Translations under genes and position numbers: made by a program | Source: Deltaproteobacteria bacterium | GTDB lineage: Bacteria > Desulfobacterota > Desulfobaccia > Desulfobaccales > 0-14-0-80-60-11 | Direction of reading: 5' to 3' | DNA length: 64,000 nucleotides | NCBI GenBank assembly: GCA_030018495.1 | Contig: JASEFS010000002.1 | Span: 75,359 to 139,358 of the forward strand | The notes under the pieces: generated by a model | The model's database searches: none | What the model saw: only the letters and a program-made list of their open reading frames with translations | What the model was told of the DNA's origin: nothing | Shown: positions 38,646-46,290 of the stretch, piece by piece | Position numbering within the stretch: position 1 is the first letter of the stretch | How the letters are laid out: each line of letters opens with the position of its first letter

Positions 38646-38946
38646 GATCCGGTTCCGCATTCCCAAAAATCATTTAGAGGAGGCCAAAAAGGCTATGGCC
38701 GGTTTGGGCGCCCAAGAAGCTGCAGAATCGGTTCCTTGGCGGGCGGTTTTCCCTCATTTTGACGCCGGCGTAGCTTTGCGGGGAGCCAGGAAGAGGGAAG
38801 GTTTAACCCAGAAGCAGTTGGCGGGCCTGATAGGCATCAGCCAAGCGCATATCTCCGAGATGGAACATGGCAAGCGGCCCATCGGCAAGGAAATGGCCAA
38901 ACGTTTGGCCAAGGTGTTGCAGGTGGATTATCGGGTTTTTCTTTAA
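38602..38946 (+). CDS. XRE-family HTH antitoxin (HigA-like)
   Basis: C-terminal HTH REGLTQKQLAGLIGISQAHISEMEHGKRPIG. Overlaps the toxin 3' end by 44 nt. Confidence 0.7.
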   Translation: MLEPTKESITIDFVEIRFRIPKNHLEEAKKAMAGLGAQEAAESVPWRAVFPHFDAGVALRGARKREGLTQKQLAGLIGISQAHISEMEHGKRPIGKEMAKRLAKVLQVDYRVFL

Positions 38947-38956
38947 TTGCAATTGA

Positions 38957-38982
38957 AAGGGGTGGGCCAAGCCCACCCCTTT
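38957..38982 (+). terminator. candidate intrinsic terminator after the toxin-antitoxin pair
   Basis: AAGGGGTGGGC-CAA-GCCCACCCCTT perfect hairpin about 10 nt after the stop, followed by TGCGTTT. Confidence 0.55.
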
Positions 38983-39039
38983 GCGTTTCCGGCCAAATTT
39001 TCCTAAAACTTTCTTCGCCTTTTTCCCTTCTCGCCCTTC

Positions 39040-39444
39040 TTACTCAATCCCCAGATTCTTCATCACCAGCCGATGAAAATAGGCCGACTGGTCTTTATTG
39101 CCCATGATGCCGAAGCGTACCTTGACGGTGGTTATGTTGTTGGGCCGTTCCACCAACTGGATCTTGACATTGGTGTCCGGCGGTTGCACCGCTTCGATGC
39201 GGGATTCCGTCTGGCCGTAATGCTGCTGGGCCACCCTAAGCCCCATGGTGTTGGCCGCGGCGAGGCAGGCCTGGTAGGTGGGCTGCATGGGCCGCGGGTA
39301 GTCCCTCTCCGCGGTGCCTTCCACGTATTTGTAGGCTCCGACTCCGGCCGCCGCCCCCGCGCTCAACAGCATGACCGCACAGCCGGACAGCAGCATCAGA
39401 CAAAGCGCCAGACCCCCTAAAGCAAACTGCCATTTTTTCAGCAT
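39040..39444 (-). CDS. small lipoprotein (DUF3568-like)
   Basis: ORF 39040..39507; the likely start is MLKKWQFALGGLALCLMLLSGC at 39444, which has a lipobox and follows GGGGAGGA. Confidence 0.6.
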   Translation of the reverse strand: MLKKWQFALGGLALCLMLLSGCAVMLLSAGAAAGVGAYKYVEGTAERDYPRPMQPTYQACLAAANTMGLRVAQQHYGQTESRIEAVQPPDTNVKIQLVERPNNITTVKVRFGIMGNKDQSAYFHRLVMKNLGIE

Positions 39445-39613
39445 GGATTGTCCTCCCCCGTTCACGAGTGCTTCCCGTCTTATGCCACTAATTTGTTTCC
39501 TTGTCAATCCGCCAAAAAGCTTAAATAGCTTAACTCAAGGGGAGAGCCGGATGACCGCAGGCCCCCCGCCCTCCTCTCTACTCCCCTCTTAACCTCGCAT
39601 CCAGATTCGGGAA

Positions 39614-39655
39614 CACAGGCATCTTGCCTGTGAAGCACAGGCTTCCAGCCTGTGC
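39614..39655. repeat. two tandem CACAGGC...GCCTGTG hairpins
   Basis: cacaggc-atctt-gcctgtg then gcacaggc-ttcca-gcctgtgc. Confidence 0.8.
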
Positions 39656-39730
39656 TCCCAATATGGGGTTGGGGGTGAGGGTTTGGGGGAGGGGGCAGGG
39701 GCCGTCGGCCCCTGGCACCTTCCCCAAGAA

Positions 39731-40387
39731 TCACCTCTTACTTTTTTTGGCCCCCATGACTGTTTGACCGTAATCGCAGTAAGGCAGGAGCGGGCATTTG
39801 GGGCATTTGGGGTTCCTGGAAGTGCAGATCTCCCGGCCGTGCCAGATCATCTGGTGGGAGAATTTGGTCCATTTTTCTTTGGGCACCAGCTCCATAAGTT
39901 CGAATTCGATCTTCACCGGGTCGGTTTGCTTGGTGAGCCCCAGGCGCTGGGCCACCCGGCCGCAGTGGGTATCCACTACGACGCCCGGGATGCCGAAGGC
40001 GTTTCCCAAGACGACGTTGGCGGTCTTTCGCCCCACTCCCGGCAGCTTCACCAGCGCCTCCAGGGAATCCGGCACCTGGCCGCCGTAGTTCTCCACCAGA
40101 GCCTGACAGAAGCCTTTGATGCTCTTGGCCTTGTTATGAAAAAAACCGGTGGGCCGAATGTCCTCTTCCAGTTCCTCCAGAGGCGCGTCGGCATATGCTT
40201 GGGCGTTAGGATATTTTTTGAACAACGTGGGCGTCACCTGATTGACGCGCACATCGGTGCATTGCGCCGACAGCACCGTGGCCACCACCAGTTCCAGGGG
40301 ATTGGTGAAATCCAGGGTGACATGGGCGTCGGCATAGTGCTTATCCAGAAGTTCAAGGATAGGCTTGATTTTTTCTTTCGGCTGCAT
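39731..40387 (-). CDS. nth: endonuclease III
   Basis: HhH motif LPGVGRKTANVVL and the 4Fe-4S cluster C-x6-C-x2-C-x5-C (CTSRNPKCPKCPLLPYC). Confidence 0.93.
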   Translation of the reverse strand: MQPKEKIKPILELLDKHYADAHVTLDFTNPLELVVATVLSAQCTDVRVNQVTPTLFKKYPNAQAYADAPLEELEEDIRPTGFFHNKAKSIKGFCQALVENYGGQVPDSLEALVKLPGVGRKTANVVLGNAFGIPGVVVDTHCGRVAQRLGLTKQTDPVKIEFELMELVPKEKWTKFSHQMIWHGREICTSRNPKCPKCPLLPYCDYGQTVMGAKKSKR

Positions 40388-40585
40388 GGAACCTCCATCA
40401 ATATAACCGCAGGCTCAGCCCGCACTGAATAGCTTTTTAAACGGGCGGGCCTCCGCGGCCATGAAACTTCCGTCCCGGGTAAGCATCCAGAATGGGGCGC
40501 GGGGCGGGCCCTACATTTGATTTGCATGTTTTCCCGGTGCGCCGCTGGCCTGGAATTATGCTTTCTCAGTTCACTACCTGAAATA

Positions 40586-42178
40586 TCACCGGCCCAGGCG
40601 GGCTTTTAATTCCTTCAGCAAGTCGCGCACTTCGGAAATTCTCAGCATCGGCACCAGCGCCATATAGAGAGCCGCACCCAGGACGATATTTCCTAACAGC
40701 AAGAAAATCTGAGTGAGCAGACCGCCCGGCCACCAGGCGATGGCCCGGCTGTAGCCGAAGTGCACCGCCATGGCCATGATCCCCGCGGCTGAAGTCACTT
40801 TCAGCATATTGACGGCCAAGCGCCTCACCCGAAAGCCGCCTACCTCCCGGTACAGCATGGCCCCCAAAAACAGCAGGTTCACCATCATGCTGAGGGAGGT
40901 GGACAGCGCGATGGCCCGATGCTGCAAGGCGGACAGGGTGAGGTTGATAAACAAAAGATTGGCCCCCACGGTGAGAAAGCTGCCCGCCACCGGGATGCGG
41001 GTATTGTTTAAGGCATAAAAGACCGGCACCAGGATTTTGACTCCCGCGAAGGCGAAGATGCCGATACTGTAAAGCATCAGGGCCGCGGCGGTCTGCCGGG
41101 TGTCCCAGGCGGTAAAACGGCCGTGCTGGAATATCACTGCGCTGATGGGTTCCGCCAGCACCATAAGGCCCAAGGCTGCAGGAATTTCCACCAGCAGGGC
41201 CAGGGACAGAGACGATTCGAAGGCCCGCTTAAGACTCGGGAAATCCCGCTGGGCCGCAAAGCGGGAGACCACCGGCAGGGTGGCCACGGACAAGGCCACC
41301 CCGAAAAGGCCCTGGGGCAGATGCACCAGGCGATAGGCGTAGTTCAGCCAGGAGACGCTGCCCTCCATGCAGCTCGAGGCATAAAAAGTGTTGATGAAGA
41401 CGTTGATCTGGGAGGCCGACAAGCCCACCACCGCGGGCAGCATGAGTTTTATGATTTGGCGCAGGCCTTCGTCTTTGAAGTCCAGCACGGGGGCCGCGCG
41501 GTATCCCACTTTGCGCAGCAGGGGAAACTGCACCGCCAACTGCAGCAGACCGCCTATGAGGGTTCCCCAGGCCATGCCCACAATGGCCGGCACTCCGAAA
41601 GCAGGCATCACCAGGCTCAGGGTCACGCCCGCCACGATGGAGCCCATATTAAAAAAGCTGGAGGCCAGGGCCGGGACGAAAAACTTGCCGCGGGCGTTCA
41701 AAATGCCCATGGCCAGAGCGGCCAGGGAGATGAGCAGCAAAAAGGGGAACATGATGCGGGTCATGAGGGTGGTAAGACCCAGCTTGCCCGAAACCAGACC
41801 GAAATCCGGGGCCATGAGCTCCACCAGGAAAGGCGAGGCCGCAATGCCCATAAGGGTTATGGCTCCCACCACCAGGAGGATGCAGGCCGCCACGTTGTTG
41901 GCCAGGCGCCAGGTCTGCGCCGGCCCCCGCTGGGTCTCATATCTGGTAAAAACTGTGACAAAAGCGGTGCTCAGCGCGCCTTCGGCAAACAGGTCCCGGA
42001 GCAGGTTGGGAATGCGAAAGGCCACCACAAAGGCGTCAATGGCATAGCCCGCGCCGAACAGACCGGCGAAGACCTGCTCCCGCACCAACCCTAGAACGCG
42101 GCTGGCAAGGACCGCCACGCTCATACTGCCCGCGGCCCGGGCGATGGTGCCGGTTTGCTGCTGGGAAGACTGGCTCAA
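40586..42178 (-). CDS. murJ: lipid II flippase MurJ
   Basis: 530 aa, polytopic, with an MviN/MurJ-type N-terminus (VLASRVLGLVREQVFAGLFGAGYAIDAFVVAFRIPNLLRDLFAEGALS). Confidence 0.9.
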   Translation of the reverse strand: MSQSSQQQTGTIARAAGSMSVAVLASRVLGLVREQVFAGLFGAGYAIDAFVVAFRIPNLLRDLFAEGALSTAFVTVFTRYETQRGPAQTWRLANNVAACILLVVGAITLMGIAASPFLVELMAPDFGLVSGKLGLTTLMTRIMFPFLLLISLAALAMGILNARGKFFVPALASSFFNMGSIVAGVTLSLVMPAFGVPAIVGMAWGTLIGGLLQLAVQFPLLRKVGYRAAPVLDFKDEGLRQIIKLMLPAVVGLSASQINVFINTFYASSCMEGSVSWLNYAYRLVHLPQGLFGVALSVATLPVVSRFAAQRDFPSLKRAFESSLSLALLVEIPAALGLMVLAEPISAVIFQHGRFTAWDTRQTAAALMLYSIGIFAFAGVKILVPVFYALNNTRIPVAGSFLTVGANLLFINLTLSALQHRAIALSTSLSMMVNLLFLGAMLYREVGGFRVRRLAVNMLKVTSAAGIMAMAVHFGYSRAIAWWPGGLLTQIFLLLGNIVLGAALYMALVPMLRISEVRDLLKELKARLGR

Positions 42179-42352
42179 GGGCTAAACCTGAGGGGGGATG
42201 ACCGGAATCGGAGAGCTCTTACGCCGGCGGACCGCATTGTTTGGATGCTTTTGGCTGAAGCAAAGGCGCTTTTCTCTCCATGAATAATCATAAAAAAAAC
42301 GACGAAGGGGCACTCGCCTGCAAGCTCTGCCCAAGAGGGCAGAGAGCAAATC

Positions 42353-42991
42353 CTAACGGAGGCTGTCTTGCCGTATAAGAGAGGAATACGTGCGTCGTAC
42401 CAGAATTGACTCGTTGGCGCTATCAGACTTATTTTTCTTAATCTGAAAATTATTGGCAGGCTTTTCTCTTTTCGCAGACTTGCTGGCTGTCTGGCGCTTT
42501 GGCATCCCGCTCTTTACCGGCCGCTTGATTTTGGGCCTTCTGGACGGGCTGACGGAAGAAGCGGGTTTTGCCGGCTCCAGCATGGGCGGGGTCTCCGGAT
42601 GAAGCAGGGCGTACGCCGGGTGTTCGCCTTGCCCCCCGTTGACAGGCGGCAGATTCTCCGCCGCAAGTTCGGCTTTAGCCGTCTTTAATTCCAGTTCAAA
42701 CCCTCCCAAGACTCCGGCTAGTCGCGGCGTCTGGTGAGGAGCAGGCGGAGAAAAGCCGAATACCAACAAAATCAGGCAGCCCAGAACCGCCGCGCCGCCG
42801 CTTAAAACCAGCCGGGGCGATTTGGCCCCATACCTTTCCCCTCTGAAATCTATCCTCCGATAGCGGGACCACAAGGTAAACAGGGCGTAGAGGCTGTATG
42901 CTCCAAAGACAAATAGCAGGGTAGGCAACAAGGGCATCCCTTCTATCGAGGCTGCCCCAAAATAACAGGTAAGAGTGGCAAAGTCAATCAT
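42353..42991 (-). CDS. hypothetical membrane protein with a basic C-terminal tail
   Basis: Two hydrophobic helices followed by a Lys/Arg/Ser-rich tail. No family recognised and the start is uncertain. Confidence 0.4.
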   Translation of the reverse strand: MIDFATLTCYFGAASIEGMPLLPTLLFVFGAYSLYALFTLWSRYRRIDFRGERYGAKSPRLVLSGGAAVLGCLILLVFGFSPPAPHQTPRLAGVLGGFELELKTAKAELAAENLPPVNGGQGEHPAYALLHPETPPMLEPAKPASSVSPSRRPKIKRPVKSGMPKRQTASKSAKREKPANNFQIKKNKSDSANESILVRRTYSSLIRQDSLR

Positions 42992-43054
42992 CTCTGTCTT
43001 AAAAAACTTTTCGGTGCAAGCTCACAAAGTCTTAAATTGTTTTGTGTCATATTA

Positions 43055-43082
43055 TTGACAGAGCCGATGCAATTAATATACC
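43055..43082 (+). promoter_or_regulatory. candidate sigma-70 promoter for the NtrC-type regulator
   Basis: TTGACA (43055-43060), a 16-nt spacer, then TATACC (43077-43082), just upstream of the ATG at 43095. Confidence 0.4.
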
Positions 43083-43094
43083 GTGAGGCCTGAT

Positions 43095-44513
43095 ATGGCC
43101 ACAATTTTAATTATCGAGGATGAGCGCGCCCAACGGGAAGCCCTGAAAGAAATACTGGCTGGCGAAGGCTATGAGGTGGAGACCGCGCCGGACGGCGAAA
43201 CCGGCTTGGCCAGGCTCCAGGAAACCGGGTTCGAGATAGTCTTGACCGACATGGCTTTGCCCGGCCTGGGAGGCATGGAAATCCTCAGGTACCTGGTGCG
43301 CCACCGGCCCGAAAGTCTGTGCATCATTGTCACCGGCTACGCCACCATCAAGAATTCGGTGGCCGCCATGCGCCTGGGAGCTTACGATTATCTGGCCAAA
43401 CCCGTGGACCCTCAGGAGCTCAAACTGGTGGTCAAACGGGCTTTGGAACGCAAACAATTGGAACAAGAAAACCTCCGTCTCAAAAAAAATCTGTACCGGC
43501 GGTTCGGCTTCGCCAATATCATCGGAACCAGTGAAGCCATCACCCAGGTCTTCGACCTTGTCAAAAAGGTGGCCGACACCGACGCCACCGTCCTGCTTCT
43601 GGGCGAATCCGGCACCGGCAAGGAGCTCATCGCCAAGGCCATCCACTATAACAGCCACAGGCGTCAAGGGCCGCTCATACCGGTGAACTGCGCCGCCATC
43701 CCCGAGGAACTGCTGGAAAGCGAACTCTTCGGCCACGAACGGGGGGCCTTCACCCACGCGGTGCGCACCCGCGTCGGCCGCTTTGAACAGGCCAACGGCG
43801 GCACCATCTTTCTCGATGAAATCGCTGATATGAGTCCGAGCCTGCAGGTCAAAATCCTGCGCGTCCTCCAGGACCGCGCCTTCGAGCGCATCGGCGGCGT
43901 CAAAACCATCAAGGTGGACATTCGGGTGATCGCGGCCACTAACCAGGATTTGGAGGACATGGTCGCCCAAGGCCGCTTCCGGGAAGACCTCTTTTACCGG
44001 CTCAATGTCATCCCCATCCGCATTCCCCCTCTCAGGGAGCGCACCTCGGACATTCCTCTCCTGACCTCCCATTTTCTCCAGGAATTCAGCCGCAAAAAAA
44101 AGAAGGCGCCAAAACGCCTGAGCCCCGGCGCCATGGACCTGCTTCTCCGCTACCCCTGGCCCGGCAATGTGCGGGAGTTGGAAAACCTGATGGAGCGCCT
44201 GGTCATCCTGTGCGAAGGCGAAGTCATCGAAGCCGTCGATTTGCCGGAGCGCTTCCGACCCGGGGCGCCGGCCGCGGCGATGCCAAAAACCATTGACTTT
44301 CCGGAGCAAGGCATCAACCTGGTCAGCGCGGTCCAGGAATTCGAGCGTTCCCTTATCCTCCGGGCCCTGGAAAATTGCCAGTGGGTCAAGAGCCGTGCCG
44401 CCCAGCTCCTGCATCTTAACCGCACCACTCTGATAGAGAAGATGAAGAAACAAAAGATTCAGCCGACCCCGGAACTTCACTCCCTGCCCAAGAGATTCCT
44501 CTATCGTCAATAA
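43095..44513 (+). CDS. sigma-54-dependent response regulator (NtrC family; canonical receiver)
   Basis: Receiver with DE (IIEDE), the phospho-Asp context IVLTDMALPG and DYLAKP. AAA+ Walker A GESGTGKE. The sigma-54 contact loop reads GAFTHA. C-terminal Fis-type HTH. Confidence 0.9.
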   Translation: MATILIIEDERAQREALKEILAGEGYEVETAPDGETGLARLQETGFEIVLTDMALPGLGGMEILRYLVRHRPESLCIIVTGYATIKNSVAAMRLGAYDYLAKPVDPQELKLVVKRALERKQLEQENLRLKKNLYRRFGFANIIGTSEAITQVFDLVKKVADTDATVLLLGESGTGKELIAKAIHYNSHRRQGPLIPVNCAAIPEELLESELFGHERGAFTHAVRTRVGRFEQANGGTIFLDEIADMSPSLQVKILRVLQDRAFERIGGVKTIKVDIRVIAATNQDLEDMVAQGRFREDLFYRLNVIPIRIPPLRERTSDIPLLTSHFLQEFSRKKKKAPKRLSPGAMDLLLRYPWPGNVRELENLMERLVILCEGEVIEAVDLPERFRPGAPAAAMPKTIDFPEQGINLVSAVQEFERSLILRALENCQWVKSRAAQLLHLNRTTLIEKMKKQKIQPTPELHSLPKRFLYRQ

Positions 44514-44564
44514 TCTGACAGTATCCCTCTTTTTGACGCGTCTTCCGCCTGGGTTCGCGGCCGC

Positions 44565-44592
44565 TGAATCGCAGGCCGGCAGCTTGAATCGC
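44565..44592 (+). promoter_or_regulatory. direct repeat TGAATCGC-N12-TGAATCGC, candidate activator binding site (UAS)
   Basis: Two identical octamers at 44565-44572 and 44585-44592, 20 bp apart, lying 25-55 bp upstream of the -24 element at 44618. Confidence 0.3.
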
Positions 44593-44617
44593 GGCTATTC
44601 CCCATCTGCCCTCCTCC

Positions 44618-44633
44618 TGGTACGAGTCTTGCT
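44618..44633 (+). promoter_or_regulatory. sigma-54 (-24/-12) promoter
   Basis: TGGTAC-GAGTC-TTGCT against the consensus TGGCAC-N5-TTGCW: one mismatch and correct spacing. Lies 24 nt upstream of the ATG at 44657, which follows CAGGAG. Confidence 0.7.
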
Positions 44634-44656
44634 CTCCCCAGGCTCAGGAGCATGCC

Positions 44657-44995
44657 ATGGGGATCAAAACACCGAGGCGCAATTGGTTGGGAGCCGGATT
44701 TTGGCTGGTCGCCGCGGTCTGCCTGGGACTTCTGATTCGCCCCTGCCCCACCCAGACTGCCGAGAAGCCGGAGCCGGGTTCTTATGTCATCCTTTCCGGG
44801 GAATTCTTCAACGCCATGCAGAAACTGGCCGCCTCCGGCGCCACCTATGGGGACCGCCAGGAGCCTCTGTTGGAGCAGATCGCGTTGTCCGGCCGATACA
44901 TGGTCAAGACAAATCTTACGCTCATCCACCAGAATGAAAAAATAATACAGCTTCTCGAAGAGCTCAACCGCAAACGGCTGACCATGGAACGTTGA
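44657..44995 (+). CDS. small exported/membrane-anchored protein, unknown function
   Basis: 112 aa. The N-terminal hydrophobic segment WLGAGFWLVAAVCLGLLI is followed by a helical region. It is the first gene behind the sigma-54 promoter. Confidence 0.55.
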   Translation: MGIKTPRRNWLGAGFWLVAAVCLGLLIRPCPTQTAEKPEPGSYVILSGEFFNAMQKLAASGATYGDRQEPLLEQIALSGRYMVKTNLTLIHQNEKIIQLLEELNRKRLTMER

Positions 44996-44996
44996 G

Positions 44997-46286
44997 ATGT
45001 CGGCGCTTCGTTTTGTTTGGTTTTTGCTGGTGTGTGTTCTGTTGATCGCCCTTGCTTGGGCCGACTGCGCCTGGGGGCGCGCCAGCCAGGGGCCTTCACC
45101 GAAACCCCGCGTCCATGCCGCCGATAAGAGCTATTCAGATACCGCCTCATACCGGTCATTTTTGGGTCTGCTGAAGATTGCCAATGTTTCCCCCAACAAG
45201 GGCGAGCGTCTCGCCGCTCTCCTGCGGCTGGGCGGCCGGGCTGAGACCCAGGGTCGCATCGACTTGGCCGTGAAAGTCTATACTTTGGCCACCCTTCTCC
45301 ACCCCGACAGCCATGAAGTCGGCCAGGCCGGCTGCCGCCGCCTTGTCCTGCAATTTTATCTGGACCTGGGCGGCGCTGAACCTTATCAGGCCTTCAAGAA
45401 TTTTTTGGCAAAAATTTCCGCGTTGTCCGAACAACCTGCCCGGGAACAGCTTCAGATGCCATTTTTGGCCGGTTGGCATGCCGTGGAGCAGTCTATCCAC
45501 AACGGCAATTTTGCTGATTCCGTTTGGTTGGAAAGAGCATTAGTTCTGTGGGAAATGCACCCGCCGGGGACCCAGCCGCCGCAAGCCGCGCTTTTAGTGG
45601 GCCGGCTCCTGGGAAAACAGGGCCTTTTCACTGAGGCGGGCAAGTTCCTGGCCATAGCTCTCGATAAAGGCGACAGCCGCATCCGCTCCCGGACCATTAT
45701 GGAATATTTGCAAATGGCCTGGGCCGCTGATGGCATTTCTGGGTTTATGGAGGCTCTGGCACGATGGCGGCAGGATTCCCGTCACCTGGTTCAGGCCCTC
45801 CAAACCTGGCCGCTGCGCCTCTGTTCCCCGGACGGCGCCGAGTCGAAGCTGAGCCCTGATTATGTCAATAATTTGACAGAACTGCTTCCCCAGTGCCCTT
45901 CTCCTCCCGAACCGCAATCTCTTCTCACCATCGGTGATGAGCCCTTGTGGATGGCTCTCCTCAGCCAACCTTTGCCGGCCCTGCTTGAGGAGTACCTTGT
46001 CCAAAGCCTGGCCCGACGATTTTGCTCCCAGGCGAACTTCTCCCAGGCTTCCCGGCTCTACCGAACTCTTCTGGCGGACGCGGCCGATAAAGAGACTTCA
46101 TGTTTCTATTGGGACCGCCTGGGGCAATTGCATATCAAGGAACAACAGCCCGCTTTGGCCCGGGATATTTTTCGAACCCTGGCGGGCGAGCCGACTAAAC
46201 TCTGGCAGCTCCTGGCCCAAACCAGGCAGCTTGACGTGGAACTTAACCGGCTCAGGGCGGAGCCGGCCTTTATGACGGAAGGATGA
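44997..46286 (+). CDS. exported helical-repeat (TPR-like) protein, unknown function
   Basis: 429 aa. Signal/anchor MSALRFVWFLLVCVLLIALAWA. The body is Leu/Ala-rich and helical. Its ATG lies 1 nt after the upstream stop. Confidence 0.55.
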   Translation: MSALRFVWFLLVCVLLIALAWADCAWGRASQGPSPKPRVHAADKSYSDTASYRSFLGLLKIANVSPNKGERLAALLRLGGRAETQGRIDLAVKVYTLATLLHPDSHEVGQAGCRRLVLQFYLDLGGAEPYQAFKNFLAKISALSEQPAREQLQMPFLAGWHAVEQSIHNGNFADSVWLERALVLWEMHPPGTQPPQAALLVGRLLGKQGLFTEAGKFLAIALDKGDSRIRSRTIMEYLQMAWAADGISGFMEALARWRQDSRHLVQALQTWPLRLCSPDGAESKLSPDYVNNLTELLPQCPSPPEPQSLLTIGDEPLWMALLSQPLPALLEEYLVQSLARRFCSQANFSQASRLYRTLLADAADKETSCFYWDRLGQLHIKEQQPALARDIFRTLAGEPTKLWQLLAQTRQLDVELNRLRAEPAFMTEG

Positions 46287-46290
46287 TTGA

